A stretch of 63,534 nt of DNA, counting the filler, from Perkinsus chesapeaki ATCC PRA-425 (lineage: Eukaryota; Protista; Perkinsozoa): assembly GCA_013115145.1 (NCBI GenBank). It is 9 parts of 9 records of this genome, joined end to end, with 100 filler letters (N's around TTAATTAATTAA, not from the genome) between each part and the next. Parts side by side here need not be neighbours in the genome. Positions count along the whole stretch, not along the records: positions 23,907 to 46,630 come from JAAPAO010000573.1; 8 more parts are not named here. One strand, given 5' to 3'. Both the position numbers and the translations under genes were made by a program. Within the stretch, counting starts at the first letter, position 1; every line of letters starts with the position of its first letter. Positions 24,623 through 37,600 of the stretch are shown here, in pieces. The notes under the pieces were generated by a model. The model was not told where the DNA came from, did no database searches, and saw only the letters and a program-made list of their open reading frames with translations.

Positions 24623-26386
24623 TCAGGGGGTCTCTCCTTGGGTCAATAGGAGGCTTTTCAAAAGAACAACAACTTGGTTAACAACATAAAGCCAGAAGAT
24701 AAAGTTGAGTATCCTTTGAAAAGTGCTTGGTGCGTGCTGATGCATCTGAGGAGCTCTAGCCTCCTCTTCGCCTCCCCGACCAGCCTTCTTCTCTGTGGCA
24801 TCGTTCTCCTCGGTATCTACTGCAGTATAATCAGTGAAGGTCTTATCTAAAACACAAAGATACTTTTCGAGGTCGATCCCCCCCCTACTTTCTGTTTTCC
24901 CATCACTTGGTGCCAACATAGGATCTATCTTAACTTTATTTCCCTTTAACATCTCAACTGCTGCAGCGTTTGGCACCTGAGCCTTCGCCCCTTCACCCTC
25001 AGGATCATCCCCTACAATCCATAATGACATAATAACAAAGCACTGATGCTTACCTCTTCGTTTAACGTACATCGCCATTTCGTTCGTGGACTTCACAACG
25101 TGTGCCAGTACGTACTGTAGTTCCCTTTTCTTATCCACATACAGCGCTCGTGACAGCAGGATGCTCCCCGATAGGATGGCCTAATTCGCCCCCAGCTCGG
25201 GCTTCTTGCATATGCATCGATATTATTACAGGAAATAGGTCTTTGAGAGCCTGCACCTTTTCAAACGTTCTATAACTACCCACCACCGGTACAAAGGAGA
25301 ACATCCCCCCAAAGCCTAATAACAATACTCTTTGGTCAATTCCAGCAATTAATATGTTACCTATGAATTTCATGAGAACCTCACAAGTGAATGTAAAGAC
25401 AATATAAAGTGTTATCCAATACCGGGCCGCGGTTAAGTCCGCTGTAGCTGTGAAGAGCATACCAAGAATGAACTCCACAAAGTAGCTTATCATAGACACC
25501 GATGCCAACATAGTGTAAACATTCTCATCCATCTGATCAATTAACAACAACGATAATACAGAGAGTTACAGCTGTCAGCATTACTGCTGCCATTTGCTCA
25601 TCAGACACCGCGCCAAAACGATCATAAATCCTTCTCCTTTGTGGGTCTGATAGCAATTCCTGGCACTGTGCCAGCTTCATGAACATGGCCTGATATGCTG
25701 CCACTAGGGCATCATCGAGTGACGGCAGGACATGGACTCACCTGTCCCTCCGGTGTTGGGTTACGATCGGGGTGATACTGCAATGATGCTTGACGATAAG
25801 CGCGAGACATATCACCCTCTGAAAAAGAGAAAAAATAATTATTATAAAGTTTTTCCATGTCCGTGTACGCCCGACTGAGTCTAAGGTGGTAAGATAGTAA
25901 AGTATAGTATCAGATGATGCGGTACAAGCAGATACATATCCACTCTCCCACCGCCTGCGGGCCTCCTCCTCGTCCCACAACAAGACACCTTACAATGCGC
26001 AGATGCCTGACATGCCTCTGCAGATCTATTCTTCTCTAATATATTTATAATAACACTCAACCGTTACCTCCTACTAGTAATTGTAACAGCAGAATCTAGC
26101 CCCAACAGTTGATAGCAGTTCTCCTCTGGTCTCTGTATCTCATTCATGGCCACCAATGCCAACACACCCACTGCCAGGGCCATACCTACTCTCAACTGTA
26201 CCAACCCTAGTGCCCCCTTCCCCCCTACCTGTCCTTTGTGACCAATTTCTAGCGGGTGGGGTAAGATACCTTACCAAAGGCCCTAGAATAAGGGCGTGTA
26301 ATAAAAATGTAGCCGCCATGATCAAGATAAAAACTATAATGTTAGATGGTGACTCCTTCAACGCAACTCGACATTGGCGGCCCATA
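24623..26386 (-). CDS. membrane-associated J-domain (DnaJ/Hsp40) protein
   Basis: Exons MSRAYRQASLQYHPDRNPTPEGQ|AMFMKLAQCQELLSDPQRRRIYDRFG contain the HPD motif, followed by multiple TM segments. Start uncertain. Confidence 0.8.
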
Positions 26387-26534
26387 CGAGTTTGAAACTG
26401 CAAATATCCGATATTGGCAATCACCGTATTAGCTAGAAAAGCCAATGGAGCTGGGCAATTGCAATTGGATCCAAGAAAGGGAGAGGTGCAAAAATAACAT
26501 CCACTGGGAAACGAACCCGTGCTGCCGGAGTTCC

Positions 26535-29500
26535 TCACTCCTTCCCTTGTTGTGTCATCTGTCCCGTCGCTGCCGCTGTTGCTTGTTGTTGATGAATAGC
26601 CTCCCTAAGCTGCTTATCATGACCATAATGTCGTTTAGTCCAATACTGTATGCCGAGGGAGTTAGTGACCACTACCAAGGAGCTGCATGCCATTGCCATA
26701 CCGGCAATCTCTGGTGGTAATGTAACACCGATTGAGGGATATAGGATACCAGCTGCTAGTGGTAACATGATTATATTAAATATGAATGCCCAAAATAGAT
26801 TACGCCAAATGGTCCTGAAAGCAATACAAATGTTAACCTATTAAGGACGTTAAAAAAGCCGAAGCCAAGGAGGCCGCAAAGAGGCGTTATGACCGTTATT
26901 ATAGCGATATACGACCGTTATTAAAACCATATATGCCAGTAGTTATTGTTGTTATTTTTCTTCTCATCCTTCTCCTTCTCCTCTTCCCTCCCTTACTTGA
27001 GAGTCTGCCTTGATAATGCTATAAAGGGTGCAAGGCCACGTAGACTATGTAGTACAACATCAGATGCATAAGTAGATACATCAACACCAGAACCAACAGC
27101 AATACCAACATCAGATGCAGCTAATGCTGGACCATCATTAACACCATCACCAACCATTATAACAGTATTACCTAATAATAGTAATAATAATAAACAATGC
27201 CTCTTTTTTACCATTAAGCTTAAGCTTCCTAATCAAAGCCATTTTATCGGAAGGTGTTGCTTGACCGACTACATTATCAATACCAAGATCATTAGCAACT
27301 TTTTTAGCTGTAGCTTCATGATCCCCAGAGCACATCCATACCGATAGACCCAAATCATACCTGAGGGAATAGATTGAATAAAGTCACTATGGTAGAGGAG
27401 GAGGACAAGCAGCAGAAACAGCAATTGGTAACCCCTAATATCTCCTTATCACATCGACGTAACAGCCCTCTCTGTAAGGATGACCCCTGCCATTCTTACC
27501 TTAACTGATGTATAAGTTGTGGGCTCTCCGGTCTTAGCCTATCCTTAAGTGCTATACAACCCTTTAATTGGCCATCAATAGATGCCCCAACTACAACAGC
27601 ACCATCATTACGTTCATCACTCATCCATGCACCATAATTATCCAGGCCATCCGCCGCCGATCCCACAAGCCATGATAGATCCCCACCAGCCCTGATATGA
27701 TGCCCATCGACATCACACTTCACACCAACACCTGGTATGTTCTCAAACCCTGTCACCTTTAAACTAGGGTCAACACCATCTGGAGCTGCCCATGTTCTAA
27801 TAGCAGTTGCTATAGGATGCTCAGAGTTGCCCTCTGCAGCTGCCAACAATGCCTTGGCACCTTCGTCCTCGAAGCCAATGACCTTGGTAACACCAGGCTT
27901 ACCCTCAGTGAGGGTGCCTGTCTTATCCAACACCACAGCCATCTTCTTTTTACTATTGCCAGCTACCTCAAAGACCTGCGCATCTTTCACCAGACAACCC
28001 AGTCTAGTAGCTGCAGCACCAGTAGCGACTACAACTGCTGTTGGTGTGGCTAGGCCCAAAGCACATGGACATGCAACCATCAGAATTGATAAGGCAAATC
28101 TAAACACTAGCAGCGCCTTTTGAGATTCTCTCATATCAGCAGCCCTCTCAGGTGGGCTTATGGCCAACACTACCGCCCATACACACACTGATATCGCGCA
28201 GAATGCCAGAATGGCAGGGACAAACACCGCAGCAACCTTATCAGTAGCACGCTGGACTGCAGGCTTTGACGCTTGAGCACTCTCAACCAGCTGCAGTATC
28301 CTCGACAAAGCCGTCTGTGAACCGACCTTAGTGGCTCGGAACTCCATACCACCAGATACACATATGGACCCACCAACAACCTCATCACCTTCGGTCTTCT
28401 TTACTGGCCGGCTTTCTCCTGTCAATAAGCTCTCATCACATGCTGTGTTCAATCCAGCCCTCAACACTAGACCATCAGCCGGGACATGCCCTCCTGGCAG
28501 GACCTTAATTCTGTCACCTATCTCAAGTAGGTCAACATCGATCGTCCTCAAGGAGCCATCGGCCGCAATTATGGTAGCATCCGTAGGTCGCTGAGATGAT
28601 AGCTCAGCAAGTGCGCTGGCAGTGCTGGCTTTAGCTCGAGACTCTAGAGCCTTACCCAACAGGAGGACAGTAATGAGTATTGTAGTCGTCTCGAAAAACA
28701 TGCAGTCGTTGAAATCTGTATTATGACTAGTCATTCGACCACTAATGAGTGCTGGTAAGTTTATGAATACCCAAACAGTCGAATATATAAATGCCATATT
28801 AGTAGCAAATGACACCAAGAAGTCCATCGACAAACTGCAGTGAGCCAAGCCTCTAACAGCATGCTTATGAAAGCCCCAGCCACAATAGTACTGTACCGGG
28901 AATGCTACCAGTAGTAGAACTACTGGTAACCAACACCCCAATAAAGACCCTAGAAACGTCATTGATAACAACTCCACTATTATGGCCAATGGTATTGCCA
29001 GCAATATACGATGCTTTAACACAGGGTCCATATGATACCCCGAAGCTGGCTTCCGAGGTGCTAGCTGCCATTTTGGTCCAAGCCGTGATAGGATATCTCG
29101 AGCTCCAAGGTCCTCGGAAGGTATATACGAGATTTGAATAACACCGTCTTTAGCATGTTTGGCAGTAGACTCGAACATGCCAACTACTCCTGGGACGTTA
29201 TTTAGGACTTCACGTGCATCTTCAAATTTAACACCAAACCCGTTCCCGTTGGTTGGGCACACTCTCAGCACCGTGGGCTCAGCTGGAACCACTTGTTTTC
29301 CAGTAGAGCTCGTCGGTGTCGCCGAGGTTACGGGCTAAATGCACGCGTAACAAAGATACGCGGGGTTTCATTAGTACCTTAATAATATGCTCAACCTCAG
29401 CATCATATCCGATACTTTCAATTGCCTCTGCGATTTTATCAGCGGAGGTCTTACCAACTATATACGTAACAGACGCCATTCCTACGTGGTATAATTATCA

Positions 29501-30478
29501 ATAAGTTGCGGAGAGAGCAGTACTACCTTTAATAAGATCTACAGCTACAGTCTTAACACCTTCCATATTGCCCACAAGACGTTCAATGCTTGCAACACAG
29601 GATGCACAAGACATCCCTGATATCTAATGTTAAAAATAATAAATATATAAGATGGAAATACGTACACTTAGGATGGCCGTCTCTGTGGTCTCTTTAGTCT
29701 CAAATTTGGTAATGCCAACGACTTCAGCTTCAAACCCTACACTTTCTACAGTGTCTACTATTTCCTCTACAGGCTCCGACCCAGGTTGTAGATCAACTAA
29801 CACACAAGTTAACCTCATTTGTATCTTGCACGCTCAACCCCCAAGATATTATTACCTGCAGCCGCATGTATCTTAACTTCAGCCTTAGTAGTTACCAAAT
29901 TAACACTACAAGAGTCTACAAATGGTAAAGAGTTGACAGCATTCTCGACAGTGCTCACACAAGAGCTACATGTCATACCACCAACTTTAATAATAACAGC
30001 ACCAGCTTGCATATCTAAACATGCAATAACCTTATCCTCAAATGATGAGGAAGAGGATGATGAAACGGTTGATGAGGTTGACAGTTATAAAGTTAAAATA
30101 AAGGTTAACCTGTTATTCAAATCGGAGATAGTCAGACGCAAGAACATTATATAATAATTTTAAATAGGACGACCAACTATACAACAGTGACCCTTACATA
30201 AGTCAGTTCAGAAGGATGAGACACGGTCTGCACGCATGCACATGAACGCACGCGTGCACACACCTTATGGTCTAGTAGCTGGACGGGTTAAGAGATAGTA
30301 TGGTTGCTGTTAAGGTGTTGTTATTACCTCCACAAGAGCAACTGAGACATCGTCTCTTATCGTTTCCAGCTACTTTGGCTGGACACTTCCTACATTGGCA
30401 GTTTGGATTACTGCAACATGATGGAAGGAGTAATGGTGTCTCTAATGTGGTAGAGTTAATAGAGCTGTTATACGTCAT
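26535..30478 (-). CDS. P1B-type heavy-metal (Cu+) transporting ATPase (ATP7/CopA/CuTP-like)
   Basis: Two HMA motifs GMTCSSC (~29960-29983) and GMSCASC (~29591-29617), TGES, CPC (~28063-28071), DKTGT (~27915-27927), [17 protein letters not shown] and MAxSS in the last TM; multi-exon with a 1.8-kb central exon. Confidence 0.95.
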
Positions 30479-30660
30479 AAAAACGATAGGCCAGCCGGAA
30501 CAGGAGCAGGAGAGGCCACAAATAATACCTAAAACAACAATGATTGAAATGATCCAAAATAATGGACAAATTTACGGCAAAGTCGTAAATAAGTAAAACT
30601 AACCGATATTAGGATTACTATCGTAAATAAGGATACTGTTGGACGTTCTCCCTTATGGGC

Positions 30661-30766
30661 CTAGCCTCTGGGGGTTTTAGTGGGTATGGCTTTGCGAGCC
30701 CCACAGTATCCTTGTGAGGTGCACACTCCAAGGGTCTCCTTAACCAGATTTCCCCCCACAGGCTGG
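30661..30766. other. candidate structured element (three-way junction), ncRNA or MITE-like
   Basis: 30661-30674 pairs with 30753-30766 (13/14 bp incl. one G-U) and encloses two hairpins (30680-30704, 30710-30733). Confidence 0.4.
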
Positions 30767-30901
30767 TAAATGCGTCAAAAAAATCGTAATAGGGCATGTC
30801 TATTCTAAATTGCTAGTTATTTCAAGTATGTTATCAAAGCTTGGGAGACGCTCTTCACAACGGTACCATACAACTGTATTGAACGTCACAACAGTTATTA
30901 A

Positions 30902-31009
30902 TGCTTCACCCGAGGATCGAACCTGTGCCTCGTACGGCGCATATTGTGACGCGGAACAAACATCGGCGTACGGTAGCGGTTAGTCTTACAAATTAAAGAT
31001 CACTGAAGT
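30902..31009 (-). pseudogene. degenerate tRNA-like sequence
   Basis: Minus strand has B-box/T-loop GGTTCGATCC followed by GTGAAGC-A, and a 5' ACTTCAG pairing 5/7 as an acceptor stem. T-stem and anticodon arm are not canonical; length 108 nt. Confidence 0.35.
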
Positions 31010-31226
31010 GTCCATAGCCCCTAATTAAATATGTGATGGTTAAGATCAGGTTTACTGTGTCCATTTCCCGTAGACATTATATACAGTATACCTCTCGTTT
31101 TTTGCCACTATATACCGCCATTATTAAACTTGCCATGAACACACCTCTTCAAGCCTTTCACTGTTGAGTTAGTATATTAATAACACTGCACAGCAGCAGC
31201 CCAAGTATCCTACGCTATATTAGATA

Positions 31227-34200
31227 ATGCATAGTAATCATTATACCTCTTTATACCATCCAGTATCACCTACAATAAGTAAATTCATATAAACAGACAA
31301 TCAACCTAGCACCAACCTTAGATTCATCATCCACTGCTCAACGTCGTTCATTAAATACAAAACTACAACATGTACTGGAAAGAAGCAGAGCTCTTCTAGT
31401 AGGCCCGGCTCCATCGCAGTGCTTCATCGATATAAGGTACAGCGACCAGGCAACGAGGAAGTGTCTCTAAGTGCTTCACGGTACCATAGAGGGTCCCCAG
31501 CTGGTGGAGAGGGAATAACAAGCAGCAGTTTAGTGTCATCTAGTGTATCTTCTATTGGAACTTGCGATCACCATGGTGCCCATGATGATAAGCATGATGG
31601 GGAATCTTCTAGATTGATAAATGCTCCTGGAGCAGACTCCTGGGCACAAGTGAATCAGCTACTCAGATCCCTCGGCTTTGAAGCAGTAATATTACAACTG
31701 CCGCTGGTTCGTTACAATAATAATAACTAGGTACCTGTTATAGCTGGCTCATCACGGTTAGGAGAGCCTACTTTAGTTGATGGACGGAAGCTGTTCGAAA
31801 CCTACATGAATGTACTTCAAGAGTAAGTCTTATCATCAATACTCTGAGGGATATCTTAATAAAATAGATAAGCTAAATCCTTCATTATTTTTCATAGATT
31901 AGACCTGAGAACTCCCATGTCCTCTATATGAACTTTCTATAATAACATGTATACTTTTGAAGGTATGCAGCTCGCAATAGACAGTTGTTGGCCTCAACCT
32001 CAACGCCACGGCGAGTAACAGCAGATGGGCCGACACCGAAGATCAGGGAGCTCACAAGAGTGAACATGAAGCTACAGGAGGAAGTGGAGAAGCTGCGAAG
32101 GGAGCTTGACGATAGTAAGGGAGTAGATGGTAGAGGCATAGAGGAACAGTAGAGGCATAGAGAAGCAGGCGAATAATGCCTCATTTCGGTCAAAAGACAG
32201 ACTCCTATTGTATCTCCGGAGTAGGAATATATTTGGTTCTCCTAGGAGCACCCAGCTGTGGGGTCCGAAGACTCGTTGTAGGCAAAGTGGAGCACTCATC
32301 GACATCGTTAACGAGTGAAGCTAAGGCCAGGGAATTGGAGAGGTTAAAGGCTCGGCAGGCGGGGGAGATACGTCAATTACAACATCAGTGTCAAAGGCAG
32401 GAGTTGGAGATAGATAAGATGAGGAAGACGGTATGAATATGTATGGTAATGGTAATGATAGTTGATAATAGATGTTAAAGATAGCTGATGATGAGCAAAT
32501 ACGGCAGAGGAAGGATAGGGAATTTGCTGAGAAGGTGGTAAATGGAGGAGGAGGAGGGGCATCATTATGTTATTATTCTACAGTCCTTCCTTCCTAGGGC
32601 CCCGCGTGATTATAATTTACAGCTAGTTTCACTACTTCATTTGTAGGCAGTCAAATCATTGTGCTCGGTGGGCGGCGGTGGCGATAGAGGGGTTAAGAAT
32701 CAAGGTAATCTTCAATTACTACATGAATTGGCAGCAGTGTAAGTGGTACCTGAGCTTGTGACTAATGAAAGTAGCAATGGTTAGATATAGACGTCGAATA
32801 GAGAAGTTGGAAAGAGAGATAACAGCTTCGGGGAGGCAGTCTCAAGACTTGGCAACTCAGCTAAGTACTACAGAGGAGGAAGTTCGTCGATTGCAGAAGC
32901 AATTGTCAATCTCGACTGCTGGAGAGGAGGAGGAGGAGGACTCATTATATGACGAAACGGGTAGGAATTACCCATCGTTTCTGGCTTTGGAGTTTCGTCT
33001 TAGATAGGGAGACAGCCTGTCAAGGGGGTGAGGAAGAGCATTTCATGGATAAGGTAATGTCGGTTGTGGTATGGATTAATCGGACTGCCTCAGACCCGTG
33101 CCCTTGAGCAGTCTCTATGTCGGGAGATAGCTGAAAGAGAGAGAAGTGAAACTAAAGCAAAGGAGCGTGAGATGGAGTACACTACTAAGGTGACTTCCAC
33201 AGCGTTTTTCATTTCCTATTCAATCGTTTAAGTATATTTTTCCATAAGTATATTTATTTATTCCCATAAGGCCGAAACTCTGGCATCGAGGAATCGACCG
33301 TTGGTGGGGTAGTATTATTTCTAATAAGTGTTGGTTCATTCGAGATGAGGGCATGGTAGTGTTATTGTGGTATCAGATAGCAGAGCTTGAAAGGCAACTC
33401 AACACTACACGATATGAACTATCGGCAGCAGAGGCGACGCTTGCCGAGCGACCGACAGTGAAGGAGGTGCAGTTGTTGAAGAATAAGAGTGAAAGGTTAG
33501 AAAAAGGAAGAGAGGAGAGGGATAGATGGAAGCATGGAGATGTTAGGGAAATGATACGACGAGATAAGTAAAGTGTGGAATAGGATGGTGGCTCCTCCTC
33601 AATACTAGTTGTTATAGGGAATCATATAAGTTGGGGGCGGATATTGCTGTGGCGGAGATGGATGGATGTATGATGGAACAAGTCCTAATTGACTGTTGTC
33701 GACATCTACAAATTAGCGAGCCGACCCTATTACCTGAGGCCTTGAAGAAGTTGGGCGATGTGAGACTGCTTTATTGGTAACTAGCCATCACATGACAGTA
33801 CAGGTTCTGGAGGCTGCCTTGCCGCGAATGAGGGAGTTTGTTCGTTTCGTTACCTCTACAGTGTGCTCGATAGACAATGGGAAGTCTGCGGGGGAAGCAA
33901 AGGCAAGCAGCAATAGGCAATACCGCGTTAACGGTAAGCTGTAGGGTCTGGCAGTCTTTGCGCCCATGGACATCGTCGAAACCAGACTGAGAAATCTTTT
34001 AAGAGTTGAAAAGGAGCTTGTGGAGGTTCGTCAGCAACTAGCTTTGGCTGAATCGGCACTGGATGGGGAGCCGTCTGACTTGCCATTAGACGCCCGAATA
34101 TCCTCTCTCCTTGAAGAGCTGCGTGACAGGAGAACAGTAAGTTGACGAATTTCGGCGAACTTGATCCTCGACTGTAGACGGAAGACGCATTTGGCGTTGC

Positions 34201-34550
34201 GACTGAGAGGATATATAGCGTTGATGAGCCACATCTTATCACTGATAGGATAGTGAAACACTACATGTCAGTTGGCACCTCGACTGAAGCCTCAACTGAA
34301 GGCGCTTTCAGGACTACCTTTGAAGTGAAACAACTGGAAAGAGTATGTGGGAATATGACACACTCCAAACAGCGATGGGCAGAACTCGAAAACTTTTGGA
34401 AGGCTCTTTGTAAGGAAGGTGTGGAAATATAATTAATGTGTGGCGTCAGGTACGGAAGTGTTGAAAGTCGATCCGGGAAAAGTTTCCACTGCTAAAGCCA
34501 TGCTGATTGCACAGAATAATTTATCCAAATGTTCGACCGTCGGCGGCTAG
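31227..34550 (+). CDS. CEP70-like centrosomal coiled-coil protein
   Basis: Multi-exon: SWAQVNQLLRSLGFEAV near the N-terminus, long coiled coils, then REMIRRDK|..LIDCCRHLQISEPTLLPEALKKL..ALPRMREFVR..IVKHYM|TTFEVKQLERV, resembling the CEP70 C-terminal domain. Start uncertain. Confidence 0.65.
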
Positions 34551-34689
34551 TCGCATGCATTCATGAAAAATGGACTTGTGTTGGCAAAGTTAACTCGACA
34601 TCCAAGACATAGCGGATTAAAGGAGCATAACAGAGCTCGCAGTAAGTCCTAGCTGTCCCACGCCACGCAGAGTAGAGCATGGGGCAGCT

Positions 34690-37600
34690 ACTGGAGTCGC
34701 AACGTCAACAGGACGCTATCACCGATCGGTGCCGTATACCGATACACAATGAAGTTATGTGATGTGATCGAACAACTCCTGGGATACCCCTCCTGGAACA
34801 ACTCCTGGGATACCCCTCCAGATGGAGGCTCCTATCAGAGACGGCGCGGTCAAGTCTTTGCAGACTGGGCAGACTATACAGGACTGCAGATACTCAACGA
34901 TGCCGGATCACCACCTACCTCCAGGAGTCATCGAGCGACTCGTGACGGCTCTGAAATCACCTCACATATCGACGTCACCCTATGCTCCCAAGCTGTTTGC
35001 GCTGTTGCACAAATACGCGCTGCGCACAAGTATCTTTGTTGAAACCGTTGAAAGATTCCCGTGCATGATATATAAACCAATTAAACCCAACTACTTTTTC
35101 TACTCTTTAACTTATGGCTCTTGAGTCGACCAGTGTCTCAGCCAAGGCTCTGAACATGGTGGAGAACCCGGGACCTCGCCATGAGCAGGGTAAAGTGGCC
35201 CCAAAAAAGATTCCAGAGGACGCACGGTTCTCCAGTCGCTCGGGCAGAGCTTCGATCCGCATCCCGAGACCTCCGGGTCCCGGAGTTCCCGGAGTCCGGG
35301 AACTCAAGACAAGATGCCGCGAGAACATGCAAATTCTGCGCTAGCTCGGCTATTCGACCCTCAGAAAGCTCTGGCCTTCCACAAAGCTTGGCAGAACAAG
35401 CGAAGGGCCCCCCCGGCAACATACATGAAAGCAACCGAGTTAGCAGAGGTTATGTTTCCGGAGGAGGAGGTGGATCTTCCTCAACAAGCAGAAGCCCGTG
35501 GTGAACTCAACTCGAGGCTCGTGGAGCTGAGGAGGGAACCGTCGCTGGCCCTCCTTGTCGGCGTAGAGGAGCTCCTCGATGCTGTTAGTGAACTGTGATC
35601 TCGATTGTGCTCCGGGGAGGATGCGGTTCCAATTGTTGCCTTGGCAGTGGAGCGAGAACCACTCGTCTTCTCCACTCTATTCTCAGCCTTCGTAACGCAC
35701 TGTCTTGTTCCTGCGAGGCTGAAGAAGGGCTATGTTGTGACCATCCCAAAGAAATATGAATCATATTATATGATAAGCCGCTATCGGAGCCAAAGTCGTG
35801 GAGGCCGATTACGATTATCACTGCTATTGCTCGTCTTTTCGATCGGATCCTGTTCCGCGGAGATGTCGTTTCCTGACTCGCTGCATGCATACCGACCGGG
35901 CTAGGGATGTGACACCGCGGTTGGGGAACTAGAGTCCGGAGTACACCAAGCTTGGTCGGAGGGCTACAACGTCGGAGCTCTGTTTGTTGACATAGAAGGA
36001 GCGTTTGATAAATGTAGCACGTGGTCTGCACTCAAGGTACTGCTGGATCGGGGAGTGAAATCAGACTACCTCCTGTTATTGCAAAGCTATCTCGATTCTC
36101 GCGAGATTGTTCTGCAGCACGGTACTGATCGATGCTCTTGGCGACTCACCAGAGGCACTCCACAGGGTGGGGTCACTTCACCATGGATCTTCCACGCCTT
36201 CATGCTCACCTCTATGCCGACGATAGCGTGATTCTGTTCCGATACAAGGACGAGGCTGGAATCCAGGCATCTGTGAACGAGATATTCAACCGCCTGGAGC
36301 AGTGGTGCCTTTCAGTCAAATGTCGCTTATCGCGGCATAAAACAAAGCTTATGTGCTTCCCAGCTCACAGATGTCACGGCGGACCCGAGATAGAAATCAG
36401 TATCGGGGGCCACCTGGTGAAAGAGGGCGCTGTAAAGTGGCTTGGCCTCCAGCTTGACCGGAAATTCAAATGGGGTGGACATGTGGCATGCTCCTTGGCA
36501 AAGATAGAAGGGGCTTACCACTCGGTTAAGAGGCATGTAAGGAGTACCTGGGGTCTCCTTCCTGACGTAGCGGTCAGACTGTTCGACATCATTGCGCGCG
36601 GCTACCTGTTACACGGCGTCGCCTACTGGGGAGTTGCAGCTCTTAGGGGCCGAATTGCTAACCAGATCCGGTCTCTGCAGGCGAAAATGTATAAGCGTGC
36701 CTGCCGCATTAGCGCTCGTGCTCCGACAGCGTTCTCGTGCCGCCTTGGTCTAGGAGGCATCGCCTGGGATGATCTGTGCAGTGTGCAGTGTGCGAAACGC
36801 AGGGTGCAGTGGCCTGAATTCTTTCGACTCGGCGCGGTTAAGCATATCACCAACGAAATTGTCGGGTGTCACCTAGTCGAGCGGCTGGTGGATTCCCGAA
36901 GCCAGGGTACACCCTCAGGTATGGGACCTGTAGCACTGAGTTCCCGCCCAGAAGATATAGCTGAGCTGTACCCTGATGGTTCCGTCAAGCCAGGTATTTC
37001 CGCGGGAGTCGGTGCAGCCTGGTTCACACCGTCTGGCACATGGTCGCAAACTGCCGGTGCACATCACTTCCCTTCAAGCCGAGGAAGTGGGCATTGTGCA
37101 TGCGGCCCAGGTAGGAGCGCTTACGCTTAGGAAGCGCTCGATCTGTGTCAACTCCGACTGTCTACGAGCGATAGAGAGCATCAAAGGGGCTCTGGTGGGT
37201 GAAATCAGCAAGTGCAGTCTCAGTCGGGCTGTCGCCGGGCAACTGCGAGGACTGTTCATTCAGCTAGAGCTGCGACATACTCCCTCGAAATGCAATTCTG
37301 GGAACTTGAAGGCTGATTCTGCGGCTCGCGCAGCCGCCTATCACGGTCTTGACTCAACCCTTAGCGTTCCATTTACCCGCATAACTTCGTCGCAGGCAGT
37401 ATCGAAGTGACTGGTGAACACGTCGGACAACTCGTATGAAAGAGATGTGCGTGCTCTTGGGCGATCTTTTCGGTACTTCGTCCCACGTCAACCGCCCTGA
37501 GTGCGCTCCGCAATCTTCCCTCGTGCGGTGGGCTGCTACAGGTCGTCGGTGGGCGTAATCCACTGAGATACTCGAGGGCCAAGATAGACAATGAAAGCAA

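Noticed and set aside
30688-30733. Resemblance to U4 (GCTTTGCG..CAGTATC..TGAGG) or U1 loop II (TGCAC)
   Set aside because: No U6-pairing continuation, k-turn or downstream Sm site for U4; no ATACTTACCTG 5' end for U1.
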